NCBI GenBank assembly: GCA_001897835.1
Contig: MKUN01000042.1
Location: 447 to 64,446, forward strand
Direction: 5' to 3'
DNA from: Bacteroidetes bacterium 46-16
Lineage (GTDB): Bacteria > Bacteroidota > Bacteroidia > Chitinophagales > Chitinophagaceae
DNA length: 64,000 nt
Made by a program: the position numbers and the translations under genes. How positions within the stretch are numbered: the stretch's first letter is position 1; each line of letters opens with the position of its first letter. Positions 35,303-48,488 of the stretch are shown here, in pieces. The notes under the pieces are model-generated. The model was given only the letters and a program-made list of their open reading frames with translations. It was not told where the DNA came from and made no database searches.

Positions 35303-36831
35303 TCTATCGTAGCGGGCGGTTTTGAGCTAATGTCGTAAACCACCCTGTTAATGCCTTTCACGTGATTAATGATATCATTGGATACCCTGGCCAGGAAATC
35401 GTGCGGCAGGTGCGCCCAGTCCGCCGTCATACCATCTACAGAGGTAACGGCACGTAAAGCCACAGTGAACTCATAAGTTCGCTCATCGCCCATAACGCCT
35501 ACGCTCTGTACCGGCAGCAAGATGGTACCTGCCTGCCAAACCTGGCTATATAAGCCACTATCGCGCAGGTGCTGCACGTATATAGCATCAGCATCCTGCA
35601 GAAGTTTTACTTTTTCTTCGCTAACAGCCCCTAATATACGAATGCCCAGTCCGGGCCCCGGGAAGGGATGCCTGCTGAGAAATATATCATCGATACCCAG
35701 TTCACGACCGATTTTACGCACCTCATCTTTAAACAAAAAGCGCAGGGGCTCCACTAATGACATATGCATCTTCTCGGGCAGCCCGCCCACATTGTGGTGC
35801 GACTTAATAGTGGCCGAAGGGCCATGTACCGAGAGCGATTCTATAACATCAGGATATATGGTACCCTGGCCAAGAAAACTGACATTTTTAAGCTGGTTGG
35901 CCTCTTCCTGGAATACATCAATGAACAGGCCACCTATTATCTTACGCTTCTTCTCCGGATCTGAAACACCATCGAGTGCATCGTAAAAACGTTTCTTTGC
36001 GTCTACGCCTTTTGTATTCAGGCCCAGGTGCTTGTAACCGTCCATTACCTGCTCAAATTCGTTCTTGCGCAGCAGACCATTATCTACGAAAATGCAATAA
36101 AGATTGTCGCCAATGGCATGGTGTATCAAAGTAGCAGCCACAGTGGAATCGACACCTCCACTGAGGGCCATGACCACTTTATTATTACCTACTTCCTGCC
36201 TGATACGCTCCACCGTTTCGTGCACAAAGGATGCCGGGGTCCAGCCCTGGTCGCAACCACATACATCAACCACAAAATTCTTCAGCAACTGCCTGCCATC
36301 GGTACTATGTGTTACCTCGGGGTGAAACTGTATGCCATACACCGGGTTGGGTGCATAGCTGTCATCAGCCTTAAAGGCCGCTACCGGTATAGCTTCTGTG
36401 CGCGATATCACGGTAAAACCAGCAGGTAATTCCCTGATCGTATCGCTATGGCTCATCCAAACCTGCGAGCCGTCCGGTATAGTAGCCATAAGCTCATCAT
36501 GCAGCAGGTGCCTCAGGTGAGCGCGGCCATATTCCCGGTGGGTTGACTTGCCAACCTCGCCACCCGACTGCTGCGCCAGTAATTGTGCACCATAACAGAT
36601 GCTTAATACCGGCAGGCGCTCCGCAATAGCTTTGATATCGGGCTTGGGTGCCTGCGGATCGTTAACAGAGAAGGGGCTGCCGGACAGTATGACCCCTTTC
36701 AGGCCATCTTCATACTGCACCTCTTTGGTGCAGGGCTGTATCTCGCAATACACATTCAGCTCACGTACCGAACGCGCTATAAGCTGCGTAAACTGTGAGC
36801 CAAAATCAAGGATGAGAATCTTATCGTTCAT
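35293..36831 (-). CDS. guaA: GMP synthase (glutamine-hydrolysing)
   Basis: GATase domain ([23 protein letters not shown]), ATP-PPase SGGVDS, and a C-terminal dimerisation domain ending PPATIEWE. Confidence 0.95.
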   Translation of the reverse strand: MNDKILILDFGSQFTQLIARSVRELNVYCEIQPCTKEVQYEDGLKGVILSGSPFSVNDPQAPKPDIKAIAERLPVLSICYGAQLLAQQSGGEVGKSTHREYGRAHLRHLLHDELMATIPDGSQVWMSHSDTIRELPAGFTVISRTEAIPVAAFKADDSYAPNPVYGIQFHPEVTHSTDGRQLLKNFVVDVCGCDQGWTPASFVHETVERIRQEVGNNKVVMALSGGVDSTVAATLIHHAIGDNLYCIFVDNGLLRKNEFEQVMDGYKHLGLNTKGVDAKKRFYDALDGVSDPEKKRKIIGGLFIDVFQEEANQLKNVSFLGQGTIYPDVIESLSVHGPSATIKSHHNVGGLPEKMHMSLVEPLRFLFKDEVRKIGRELGIDDIFLSRHPFPGPGLGIRILGAVSEEKVKLLQDADAIYVQHLRDSGLYSQVWQAGTILLPVQSVGVMGDERTYEFTVALRAVTSVDGMTADWAHLPHDFLARVSNDIINHVKGINRVVYDISSKPPATIEWE

Positions 36832-36848
36832 TAAACTCTTATAAATTA

Positions 36849-37169
36849 TTATGCTTGTCCTGCAGGGCCATTAAAAGCAAATGGCAATGCGGGCGCTTCC
36901 TGGTCTTTTATAACACCATATTGGGCTTCGAAACGTTTCACATTTTCTATAAGCGCCTTCATGAGCCTTTTAGCGTGCTGCGGGGTCATCACCACACGCG
37001 ATTTTACTTTTGCCTTGGGCATATTCGGCATTACATTCACATAATCTATTACAAATTCTGCAAATGAATGTGTAATTATAGCCAGGTTGGCATAAGTGCC
37101 ATCGGCCATTTCTTCTGTAAGTTCTATATTCAGTTGCTGTTGTTCTGCCGGTATCTGTTGATCTGCCAT
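36849..37169 (-). CDS. DUF3467-family protein
   Basis: MADQQ...[23 protein letters not shown]...[15 protein letters not shown] at 37169. Confidence 0.6.
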   Translation of the reverse strand: MADQQIPAEQQQLNIELTEEMADGTYANLAIITHSFAEFVIDYVNVMPNMPKAKVKSRVVMTPQHAKRLMKALIENVKRFEAQYGVIKDQEAPALPFAFNGPAGQA

Positions 37170-37293
37170 AAAATGTTTATTTAGAATAGGCTGCGAAATT
37201 AACAAAAGAAAGGCCAACACCCTAATAAGCTTATCAATGGTGTGTTAAACAATTTTTGGAGGGTCCCTACGGCTGATCAAGTATGCTATTTTT

Positions 37294-37899
37294 ATGTTAG
37301 TTTTGGCAGCTATGATGCGATATATTCCGCTTTTTTTACTGTGTTTATCCCTGCTATCCTGCAAGCCGGCAAGCTATACGCCCAAACCAAGGGGTTATTA
37401 TGCTGTAAGCTTCCCCAAACATGAATACCAGCAATTCAATGTGCCCGGTTACCCCTATAGCTTCGAATACCCGGTATATGCCAACATCATAAAGGACACC
37501 AATTTCTTTGGCAAAAAAGCAGAAAATCCCTGGTGGATCGATATTGATTTTCCTACAATAGGCGGCAAACTGTACATCAGCTATAAAGTAATATCCGGAC
37601 AACAAACCATGGATAAGTTGCTGGCCGATGCACATGAACTAACCTATTACCACGATAAAAAGGCAAACTACATAGAACCACAATCTTTCGTGAACAATTA
37701 CGGCGTATCGGGTGTGCTTTTCAATGTAGGAGGCGATGCCGCATCGGCCTACCAGTTCATTGCCAGCGACTCTGTAAAGCACTACCTGAGAGGGGCCCTG
37801 TACTTTGATGTTACGCCCAATGCCGATTCGTTAAGGCCAATGAACGAGTTTTTAAAGCAGGACATAGAGCACCTGGTGAGCACCTTGCGCTGGCAGTAG
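37294..37899 (+). CDS. gldD: Gliding-motility lipoprotein GldD
   Basis: Lipobox LLSC followed by TPKPRGYYAVSFPKHEYQQF...YPYSFEYPVYANI, which matches my memory of the GldD family. Confidence 0.6.
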   Translation: MLVLAAMMRYIPLFLLCLSLLSCKPASYTPKPRGYYAVSFPKHEYQQFNVPGYPYSFEYPVYANIIKDTNFFGKKAENPWWIDIDFPTIGGKLYISYKVISGQQTMDKLLADAHELTYYHDKKANYIEPQSFVNNYGVSGVLFNVGGDAASAYQFIASDSVKHYLRGALYFDVTPNADSLRPMNEFLKQDIEHLVSTLRWQ

Positions 37900-37971
37900 T
37901 TAAATGAACTAATATGCGATGTGAAAATATGCCTATGATGCATTATTTTTGCAGCCTCCAAAATAAGAACC

Positions 37972-38043
37972 GGTCCCGTAGTTCAATGGATAGAATAGAA
38001 GTTTCCTAAACTTTAGATCCAAGTTCGATTCTTGGCGGGACTA
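37972..38043 (+). tRNA. tRNA-Arg (anticodon CCT)
   Basis: Manual cloverleaf: acceptor GGTCCCG/CGGGACT, D arm GTTC-AATGGATA-GAAT, anticodon arm GAAGT-TTCCTAA-ACTTT, variable AGAT, T arm CCAAG-TTCGATT-CTTGG, discriminator A. CCA is not encoded. Confidence 0.85.
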
Positions 38044-38085
38044 CTAAAAGTGAGTAACGATTTGCAGTGACAGACGAACTTCTAT

Positions 38086-38116
38086 AAACGCAGGCCTATT
38101 GCCTGCGTTTAATTTT
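38086..38116 (+). terminator. Rho-independent terminator after tRNA-Arg
   Basis: AAACGCAGGC-CTATT-GCCTGCGTTT followed by AATTTT. Confidence 0.7.
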
Positions 38117-38127
38117 ACAAGTGATTT

Positions 38128-38685
38128 TTGTCCCTTACAGCTATGCAACAAGATTATATCGAAACACCGCGCCTGCTATTAAAAAGATTGGAGGAGACCG
38201 ATCTGCATAATTTTTTCGAACTGGAATCTGACCCTGTTGTACAAAAGTATGTAACAGGCTTCTCCAATGATACGATCTCCACGCTGGAACAGGCAGCGGG
38301 AATATTGAAGGCTATCCGGCAGCAATATACAGACCACGGCACGGGCAGATTGACCGTGTGGGAAAAAAGCAGTGGACGGTTCATTGGGCTGGCCGGTATG
38401 AAATGGCACCCGGAAATGATAAACAATCATAGCTGCTTTTATGAAATTGGCTATCGTTTTTTACCTGAATACTGGGGCAAAGGTTATGCCACCGAAGCCG
38501 CAGCAGCAGCCTGCGATGATTGCATTGCTACATTTCAGCCGCAGCAGATATATAGCTTTGCACATATCGATAATCACGGCTCACAAAAGGTTTTAACGAA
38601 ACTGGACTTTAACTATATTGAAGATTTTACCTTCAATGGCGCCCCAATGTACTGGTATGCGCGTAGGAACACGGGCATCCGCTAA
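38128..38685 (+). CDS. GNAT-family N-acetyltransferase (RimJ/RimL-like)
   Basis: ETPRLLLKRL...IGYRFLPEYWGKGYATEAA is the typical Acetyltransf_3 pattern. Confidence 0.8.
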   Translation: MSLTAMQQDYIETPRLLLKRLEETDLHNFFELESDPVVQKYVTGFSNDTISTLEQAAGILKAIRQQYTDHGTGRLTVWEKSSGRFIGLAGMKWHPEMINNHSCFYEIGYRFLPEYWGKGYATEAAAAACDDCIATFQPQQIYSFAHIDNHGSQKVLTKLDFNYIEDFTFNGAPMYWYARRNTGIR

Positions 38686-38812
38686 AGCTTCTTTTTTTGC
38701 CTGCCCGGGCCAACCAATAGTGCCCTGGGGATGTCTAACAGTCAGGTAAAGAGCCTGTAAAAGCATGACATTTTTCTAGCTTTGCGTTATATTTATTATC
38801 CAAATACAGCCT

Positions 38813-39646
38813 ATGACTAAGCTTATTCTTATTTCCAGCATCTTGCTATCAATAGTATTGACACTGGGGTGCCATAAAAAGGAAGAACAACAATGCTATA
38901 TCGAGAATGGTACCCAATACAAAATTTATCTCGACATCTATGAAACCTTGCCTAACCCACACTTTGACGTAATGACATCCCATATAAAGCTTGCAACTCA
39001 TGCACAATTGCAACCTGGCGCTCGCCTGGACCTCCTGAGTTGTAACCTGAAAGATGGCGCTAATTACGTTTATGATTGGTATAGCACCGACTACAAGCAT
39101 TCCGGCTGGATGAGACCGGTGAGTGGTTATGCTTTTAACCTCTTTAATTACCATCCCCATCTAAAGTTCTCTATTACCACAAAAGAAAAAGGCAGCAATG
39201 AACGAATGATATGCCTGAACGGTGATGGTATAGCCACACTTTGGAAAACGGTAGATGCTTACGACCGGAATGGCAAATCGATATGGAATACGCTGGGGCC
39301 ACAAAGATCCCACTCTATTGCTATAAAATACTACACAATGATAATAGACTCAAATTGGGAAGGCCCACCCGTATGTATCCCAATAGGAATGAGAAATGGT
39401 TTTTATCTTGCTGACACAGACCGTTTTTGGCTCAACACCAACCTTTTTCCAGATCCTGATCTTATACTAACGGATAATGCAAGCTTTTTGGCACCACTCA
39501 AAAGTGAATCAACTGATACGCTATTTTATCTTACGCGCACACGTGATTACAGTGATGATACCTGTATCGTGCAATATAGGGAGCCTATATATAAAATAGC
39601 AAAGGTAAAAACTGAATATTCTGATAAAATAGACGAGCAGCAATAA
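38813..39646 (+). CDS. Hypothetical lipoprotein
   Basis: Lipobox LTLGC. No recognisable domain. More AT-rich than its neighbours. Confidence 0.45.
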   Translation: MTKLILISSILLSIVLTLGCHKKEEQQCYIENGTQYKIYLDIYETLPNPHFDVMTSHIKLATHAQLQPGARLDLLSCNLKDGANYVYDWYSTDYKHSGWMRPVSGYAFNLFNYHPHLKFSITTKEKGSNERMICLNGDGIATLWKTVDAYDRNGKSIWNTLGPQRSHSIAIKYYTMIIDSNWEGPPVCIPIGMRNGFYLADTDRFWLNTNLFPDPDLILTDNASFLAPLKSESTDTLFYLTRTRDYSDDTCIVQYREPIYKIAKVKTEYSDKIDEQQ

Positions 39647-39657
39647 GTCGTTTCTTA

Positions 39658-39696
39658 TAAAAAACTAATCCCGGTTAACCCGGGATTAGTTTTTTA
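39658..39696. terminator. Bidirectional terminator between convergent genes
   Basis: AAAAAACTAATCCCGG-TTAAC-CCGGGATTAGTTTTTT, a perfect 16-bp stem including the A/T runs. Confidence 0.8.
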
Positions 39697-39719
39697 AGTC
39701 AATATTTGAAAGAGGGGAC

Positions 39720-42023
<2,304 letters not shown>

Positions 42024-42178
42024 TCATAGGAAATAGATAAATGCAATACTTTATAGTGGCATCGGTTTTATCAATGGAAGTCTTATTTATCGGTCAGCTG
42101 TGTAAACTAAATGATGATCTGCCCGCAGTATATTACGTGTATACTACAGGCAGGTCACTGCACTTTAATAATATTCAG

Positions 42179-43642
42179 TTAATTCGCTTTTACGGGTATC
42201 CGCTTCAAGGTCTCCAGCAAATAAGACCAGAATTTCTGCACCGAGCTTACCTGTACCCGCTCATCGGGTGAATGGGCGCCAAATATATTAGGCCCGAAGG
42301 ATATCATTTGCATGCCGGGATAATTGGTTCCCAGTATACCACACTCCAATCCGGCATGTATAGCATCTACATTTGCCTGGGTATGAAATAGCTCCTGGTA
42401 CAGGTCGCTCATGATTTTCACGATCGGGGCATCGGGGCGGGGTTCCCATCCCGGGTATGCCCCACCTGTAGTTACGGCGGCTCCCATTAATTCGAATGTG
42501 CTGCTAATGGCATCGGCAAGGTCGCCTTTTTCCGTATCTACCGAGCTGCGGGTGAGGCATTGTATATTATAAGCGCCATCGTTTACCAAAACGCGGGCAA
42601 CATTATTGGAGGTTTGCACAAGGCCTTCTATCTCCGGGCTCATGCGGTATATGCCGTTGGGGCAGGCATATACACACCGCAATAGTTTTTGCTGAAAAGC
42701 GGCATCCATTACCTTACCGGGCAGTTCGGCGTTTTCAATGCTTAATTTAAGGTTAGGGTCTGTAGTGCCATATTCTTTCTGCAATACCCCCTCAAGAGTA
42801 GTGACAGCCTCTTTCAGCTTAGTTGCTTTTTGTTCATCGCATACTATTAAGGCAAGCGACTCCCGGGGTATAGCGTTACGCAGGCTTCCCCCATCGATAC
42901 TGGCAATTTCTATTGCAAAGTCTTTACTGAGGTTTAAGAGTGTACGGTTCATCAGCTTATTGGCATTGGCCCGGCCTAACTGTATCTCTACACCGGAGTG
43001 ACCACCTTTCAATCCTTTTACGCTCAGCTTAAAGGCCGTGTTACCCTTTGGTGCTACCTGTTCATAAGTCCCGTTAGCGGTAAGATCAATACCACCGGCA
43101 CAACCGATCGTGAGCTCATTATCTTCTTCAGTATCCAGGTTGAGCAATATCCGTCCATCCAAAAGCCCCCCTTTCAATGACAAAGCGCCGGTCATGCCAG
43201 TCTCTTCATCGATGGTAAAGAGTGCCTCGATAGCCGGATGCGGTATATCGGTTGAAGCAAGTAAAGACATAATTGTAGCAACGCCAATGCCATTATCAGC
43301 ACCCAGCGTAGTACCCTTTGCTTTTACCCAGTCGCCATCCACATACATTTCGATACCCTGTGTATCAAAATCGAAAACAGTGTCACTATTCTTCTGGTGC
43401 ACCATATCCAGGTGGCTTTGCAGTACTATCGGCTGGCGGTCTTCCATGCCCGGTGTAGCTTTCTTTTTTATGATCACGTTCCCTGCTTCATCTACACTGG
43501 TGGGCAATCCCAGGCTTTCACCAAAGGCTTTAGCGAAAGCGATGACGCGCTGCTCTTTTTTTGAAGGACGGGGCACGGCGTTAAGGTCTGCAAAATTGTT
43601 CCATAAAGCTGCGGGTTGCAACTGGCGTACTTGATCATTCAT
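42179..43642 (-). CDS. pepD: Aminoacyl-histidine dipeptidase (M20C, PepD)
   Basis: LWNNFADLNAVPRPSKKE, LQSHLDMV, GTTLGADNGIG, IHAGLECG. Confidence 0.9.
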   Translation of the reverse strand: MNDQVRQLQPAALWNNFADLNAVPRPSKKEQRVIAFAKAFGESLGLPTSVDEAGNVIIKKKATPGMEDRQPIVLQSHLDMVHQKNSDTVFDFDTQGIEMYVDGDWVKAKGTTLGADNGIGVATIMSLLASTDIPHPAIEALFTIDEETGMTGALSLKGGLLDGRILLNLDTEEDNELTIGCAGGIDLTANGTYEQVAPKGNTAFKLSVKGLKGGHSGVEIQLGRANANKLMNRTLLNLSKDFAIEIASIDGGSLRNAIPRESLALIVCDEQKATKLKEAVTTLEGVLQKEYGTTDPNLKLSIENAELPGKVMDAAFQQKLLRCVYACPNGIYRMSPEIEGLVQTSNNVARVLVNDGAYNIQCLTRSSVDTEKGDLADAISSTFELMGAAVTTGGAYPGWEPRPDAPIVKIMSDLYQELFHTQANVDAIHAGLECGILGTNYPGMQMISFGPNIFGAHSPDERVQVSSVQKFWSYLLETLKRIPVKAN

Positions 43643-43706
43643 TTTTTAACATGTTTTATACTGCTGCTAATGTATGCATCTTTGATCAAAAACAGGGTAT
43701 GCACTT

Positions 43707-44144
43707 CTACCGGGCAGTTTGAGCCCCTATGCGGTCCAGGCCTCTTTTAATAGCATCACGTGTTATATCCCCTAAACGATCGGCAGGAAGTATATCAAGC
43801 TGTGCTGCGCCTAACCGGTAGTACTTACCCGCTTCGCTGAAGTTACCCGTGTCTTCCATCGACTTAGCAACATTTAAATAAAGTGAGGGATAAAAAAGTG
43901 TTACGCTGCCATCAGTCACTTTGTCTGCAAAGTGCAGTGCTTCCATATTCCATTTCAGCATATTAACCGGATCTGCCTGCAGGCGGGCCATATAGTGCGC
44001 AGCAATACAGGATTCGTAATCGTTCGTCCGTATAGTCCATGCTTTTTGGTATAGTCCTAGTGCCAGGCTTGTGTTTCCTTTCATTTCCTCTTCTATACCT
44101 TGTGCGCATAGCTTTACCACATGATTCCCGGGATCAACATTCAT
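43707..44144 (-). CDS. Hypothetical TPR-like helical protein
   Basis: 145 aa with TPR-like helix pairs (ALGLYQKAW..., EAGKYYRLG...). Confidence 0.35.
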   Translation of the reverse strand: MNVDPGNHVVKLCAQGIEEEMKGNTSLALGLYQKAWTIRTNDYESCIAAHYMARLQADPVNMLKWNMEALHFADKVTDGSVTLFYPSLYLNVAKSMEDTGNFSEAGKYYRLGAAQLDILPADRLGDITRDAIKRGLDRIGAQTAR

Positions 44145-44197
44145 AGACCAAACTTATTGAATATTCCAAAACTGCTGAGCAGTTGGGCACATTCCTA

Positions 44198-44569
44198 TTA
44201 TGCCTCCCGTATCCACTCCCGCGCCTCATATTCCTGGCCGGGTTGAAAAAACCTGACCATGGCGGGGGTAAAAGGTTTCATTACAGCAGCCAGCCATTTC
44301 TCCCATTGTTCATCGCCTACCATGGCTATCCGCTCAAGGTCATTGGTATGCTTTATATCGAATTTCATATCCTTCCAAAATGCACTGGCTTCCCAACCAT
44401 CGAAATCCTGCATTTCAAAATACCAGCGTATTTTCCCATATTCTTTGATCATATCATCCAGGTGGGGAACCAGTTTGTCATAATCCTCCTCTGTAAGTTT
44501 GCCTTTTGCAGTGGTATAAATTACCTTACCATTAATTTCAATATTAATCATAGTTTTCTTTTTACCCAT
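44198..44569 (-). CDS. SpoIIAA-like (STAS/SEC14-type, DUF3478) protein
   Basis: GKLTEEDYDKLVPHLDDMIKEYGKIRWYFEMQDFDGWE...ERIAMVGDEQWEKW. Confidence 0.6.
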   Translation of the reverse strand: MGKKKTMINIEINGKVIYTTAKGKLTEEDYDKLVPHLDDMIKEYGKIRWYFEMQDFDGWEASAFWKDMKFDIKHTNDLERIAMVGDEQWEKWLAAVMKPFTPAMVRFFQPGQEYEAREWIREA

Positions 44570-44706
44570 TTAAACAACAAAACCGCACCAGCAAATGACG
44601 GGGTTTAGAAAAGTAAAGAGTTATACTAACCAATATGGTGCAAAAACAAACACTTAATTATCAAATAATTTTATAATTTTCTTGCTTAATCCCGCATGTC
44701 ACCTGT

Positions 44707-46581
44707 TTGAAGCAGCTGCATATTACATATCTCTTGCTGATATTGACCGTTTGCGGCAGTGCGGGGGCTTTACTTGCCCAACAGCGCAGCTATGCAGACA
44801 ATTATTACTATATAGATGCATTAAATGAGGCTTTGGATAAACTGCCTGAACAAGTAGCGGCAGACTCCTTAGAGACCCTGCTCTTAAAATGGGCAAACAC
44901 AAAGGACAAAGAACTGGCATGCCTGCTGAGAATAAAGAAATATGAGTGGCAAGCCTATAATCACCATACTAACATAGATACTCTTGAGCAAAATATTAAT
45001 GACGTTATTGCCTATGCTACAGAAGAGCATTTGTCCTATGCTGAAGCAGATGCCCTGCAGCTTGCCGGCAATTTTTACCAGGAGTATCATAAACAAAGTG
45101 CGGCCCTTGAGAACTATATAGCAGCCTATCGCATATACAGCAAATTCACAGGAGAAGAGTACCCGGCCAAACAGGCTAACATCTACGTATTGGGTAGCGC
45201 TTATTACCGCTTTGAGGACTATGACAATGCCGTTAGGTACCTGCAGGAAGCACTGACCGTAACTCGCGCAAAGGATCGAAATCTCTATTATACGATCAAT
45301 AACACTATAGGACTTAGCTTCAGGAACAGCGGCAGGTATGACAGTGCGCTATGGTACTTCAAACGCATATATGACAGTGTTACCAAAGACAATGCCCAGA
45401 AAACATGGATACATATATCCGAGGGCAATATAGGCATCACCTACTTCCTGCAAAAGAGATATGCCGAAGCTATTCCTTTACTGGAGCATGATATTGACAC
45501 AAGCGTTGCGCACAACCAGGTAAGGAATGCAGCCAAATCGATGGCCATACGCTCTGCCATTTACTATCGCAATGGCCAGCACAAAGAAGCCCTGGAGATG
45601 CTGGACCATGCTTTGCGGATGTGCCGCACAAAATCATTCTGGCCTGATTATCCCCTTGCAGAAGAAATATATAGCTGGCTGGCCAAGGTATATGCTGCCA
45701 AGGGCGACATGCGTCTTGCCTATGTATATGCCGACTCTGCACTGACCGCAAAAGACAGTGTGAACAGCCGTAATAATTCGCTAAACCTGGCCAAGGCAAA
45801 TGAAAAGATGAGCTACATGCAAAAGAAACTGGATGAGGAGCGGTATAATGAACGTATAAAACTGGATCAACTGGCATTATCAAAAAAGCGGGTTGAAGCC
45901 ACCTTCTTTTTTGTCGGTATCGTAGTGCTGTTGCTTGTGGTCATTTTCATAGCACGCGAGCGCAAACGATCAGAGAATATACTGTTGAATATATTGCCGG
46001 AACAAATAGCGGAACGCCTGAAAAAAAGAGAACATCCTATAGCCGACTATTTTGAAAATGCATCCATCCTGTTTATTGACATGGCTGGCTTTACGCTGTT
46101 TGCTGATGCCCGCGACCCGAAAGAAGTGGTCAGTGTACTCAACCAGATCTTCACCAACTTCGACAAACTGGCTGATAAACACGGGCTGGAGAAGATAAAG
46201 ACCATCGGCGACTGCTATATGGCAGTGAGCGGCCTGCCCGAGGCAAACCCGCATCATGCCGAAGCAGCAGCAGCTATGGCAATGGAGATAAAAGCCGAAA
46301 TGGGAAAATACAAAGCGAACGATGGCACGCCGATACAATTCAGGATGGGGCTGGATTGCGGGCCCGTAGTAGCCGGCGTCATTGGCCAGCGCAAATTCAT
46401 CTACGATCTTTGGGGCGATACCGTGAACACCGCCAGCCGGATGGAGACGACCGGCATTGCAGGAGAGATACACTGCTCCGACCGCTTCAAAAAACAACTT
46501 GAAGGCAAATACACTTTCAAAAGCCGGGGTTCGATAGAAATAAAAGGAAAAGGCATGATGGAAACCTGGCTGATCGTATAG
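44707..46581 (+). CDS. Class III adenylate/guanylate cyclase with N-terminal TPR sensor region and one TM segment
   Basis: TPR region, TM segment FFFVGIVVLLLVVIFI, cyclase domain ASILFIDMAGFT...KTIGDCYMAVSGLP...DLWGDTVNTASRME. The start codon is TTG. Confidence 0.85.
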   Translation: MKQLHITYLLLILTVCGSAGALLAQQRSYADNYYYIDALNEALDKLPEQVAADSLETLLLKWANTKDKELACLLRIKKYEWQAYNHHTNIDTLEQNINDVIAYATEEHLSYAEADALQLAGNFYQEYHKQSAALENYIAAYRIYSKFTGEEYPAKQANIYVLGSAYYRFEDYDNAVRYLQEALTVTRAKDRNLYYTINNTIGLSFRNSGRYDSALWYFKRIYDSVTKDNAQKTWIHISEGNIGITYFLQKRYAEAIPLLEHDIDTSVAHNQVRNAAKSMAIRSAIYYRNGQHKEALEMLDHALRMCRTKSFWPDYPLAEEIYSWLAKVYAAKGDMRLAYVYADSALTAKDSVNSRNNSLNLAKANEKMSYMQKKLDEERYNERIKLDQLALSKKRVEATFFFVGIVVLLLVVIFIARERKRSENILLNILPEQIAERLKKREHPIADYFENASILFIDMAGFTLFADARDPKEVVSVLNQIFTNFDKLADKHGLEKIKTIGDCYMAVSGLPEANPHHAEAAAAMAMEIKAEMGKYKANDGTPIQFRMGLDCGPVVAGVIGQRKFIYDLWGDTVNTASRMETTGIAGEIHCSDRFKKQLEGKYTFKSRGSIEIKGKGMMETWLIV

Positions 46582-46596
46582 TTTCTCCTGCAGGGC

Positions 46597-48342
46597 TCAT
46601 TTTTTTACAAACCTTTTTACGCTGCAATCATTTGTTCCTGAAATCCGCAAAAAATAGACTCCTGGCAATAAAGACCTTGTATCAATCTGCCCGGTAGCAG
46701 TATTAAATATTGCAGCATTAAGCAACCTGCCCGATACATCATATATCTCTGCTTTAAAGGGGCTATTGACCAATTCCGTGTTCATTGAAAATCTCAGTAC
46801 GTCCCCACAAGGGTTTGGATATAAAGCAACTGTTTGGCCTTGTCCTGCAGGCTTAACCAAAAGATCCACTACTCCACTACCCTCCGTTACCTTATAAAAT
46901 GCATTTGCCGCATAGCCCTGAAATTGATCTGTATTACCCGATGGCCATGTTACTATTATAGAATCTGCAATAGCGGCATCCCCAAGGCCAAAATGTACCC
47001 GGAGATCATTCTGCCCCTGGAATGTATTCTGGGCGTTTACTTCACGCATTTGCCATACAGGATTGCCATTTATGACAGCATGTACCTTTACAATAGCTCC
47101 AATAGCGGAGCGGTTCGATGTGACACCAACCAACTTAAGGTTGATAAAGCTTCGCCCGCCGGCTACCGTATCGTTGATATACAAGCCCACAGAACTCGTA
47201 TTGCCATTATTACCAACGCCATTAATAAATACATCCAGATCGCCATCATTATCATAATCGCCATTGGTAATACCGCAGGTTGCTGTTGGCGTAGTGAAAC
47301 CGTTAGCTAAATAAACGAATGTGCCCCCGCCATCGTTCCTGTAATACTTCGTCACCTGGTTATCATTGGTAATGATCACATCCAGGTCACCATCATTATC
47401 ATAATCGCCCCAGCAGTTCGCAAGGTTAGTGGTCGCTGTGGTGAAGGGTGTAGTTACCGGTGCATAGGTGCCGTTATCATTCCGGTAAAGCCTTGTAGCA
47501 GCACCATAATAATTCGTGAGGCAAAGGTCCAGGTCACCATCATTATCATAATCGATAAAATTGTAACATTGGCCATCCTGTGTTTGTGCAGCAAATAATT
47601 CTGATGTCATTTGTACAAGAGTATCATTCCCTGTTTCCATCTTCATATTCTTATAACAATAATCATAGTCCTGTGTACCATTTGCAGGGCCACTGGCTAT
47701 GAAGAGGTCCATATCCCCGTCAAGGTCATAGTCGCTCCAGTAAGGTACTGTATAAGAATCGAAGGTCGTTGTAAAGGGATACCCCTGTACTTGTACGGGG
47801 TTAAAACTGCCTGTCTGCTGGTAGTAGAAATTGCACGGCGCCGGTACAGAAGGGGCAAGAAATCCATTGGCATATGCAAAAATAAAATCGAGATAAGGGT
47901 CTTCATTATAATCGCCTATTGCAGCACCAAAGCTGCCATAGTTCGAAAAAGACGGCACTTGCATAGATGAATCAGCAAAAGCACCAGTGCCATCATTAAA
48001 AAACACCTTACAAGGAACACCTGCGACAATGATATCATTATCGCCATCGTTATCGAGATCCGCGGCACTGTTACCTGACGTACTGTTCAGCGGGGAAAAA
48101 TTCAATGGTGTCGTAAAGCTGAAAGTGCCATTACCGTTATTGATAAATAAAGTACCAGGCGAGGCCAGCAGGTCAATATTATTATCACCGTTTATATCGA
48201 TAAAAGAAGCCCCTACATAAGCATAACTCGTGGTGTATGATACAATATCGTCCTGGGGGTTGGTATCAAATATCCAGCCACCCTGTGCCATTGACAGGTA
48301 AGCTGTAAAAACTGAGATACAAAATAATATGATCTTTTTCAT
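46597..48342 (-). CDS. FG-GAP/VCBS-repeat protein with T9SS C-terminal sorting domain
   Basis: Repeated D.D.DGD.D calcium-binding loops (DYDNDGDLDV occurs three times). C-terminus ALYPNPCGDVLRF...GVYFLRISG. ATG at 48342. Confidence 0.8.
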   Translation of the reverse strand: MKKIILFCISVFTAYLSMAQGGWIFDTNPQDDIVSYTTSYAYVGASFIDINGDNNIDLLASPGTLFINNGNGTFSFTTPLNFSPLNSTSGNSAADLDNDGDNDIIVAGVPCKVFFNDGTGAFADSSMQVPSFSNYGSFGAAIGDYNEDPYLDFIFAYANGFLAPSVPAPCNFYYQQTGSFNPVQVQGYPFTTTFDSYTVPYWSDYDLDGDMDLFIASGPANGTQDYDYCYKNMKMETGNDTLVQMTSELFAAQTQDGQCYNFIDYDNDGDLDLCLTNYYGAATRLYRNDNGTYAPVTTPFTTATTNLANCWGDYDNDGDLDVIITNDNQVTKYYRNDGGGTFVYLANGFTTPTATCGITNGDYDNDGDLDVFINGVGNNGNTSSVGLYINDTVAGGRSFINLKLVGVTSNRSAIGAIVKVHAVINGNPVWQMREVNAQNTFQGQNDLRVHFGLGDAAIADSIIVTWPSGNTDQFQGYAANAFYKVTEGSGVVDLLVKPAGQGQTVALYPNPCGDVLRFSMNTELVNSPFKAEIYDVSGRLLNAAIFNTATGQIDTRSLLPGVYFLRISGTNDCSVKRFVKK

Positions 48343-48488
48343 GGCAAAGAATTTTCCTGTTACAAAATCATTCTTCACTTAAAACAAGTATGCAGCAATG
48401 CACTGCTCACACTCTATATGCCATGAATGTATAGCTTGTGGGAGATACCAATTGTAAAATGAATGTAAAACCTTATGCCCGTTCCGGC

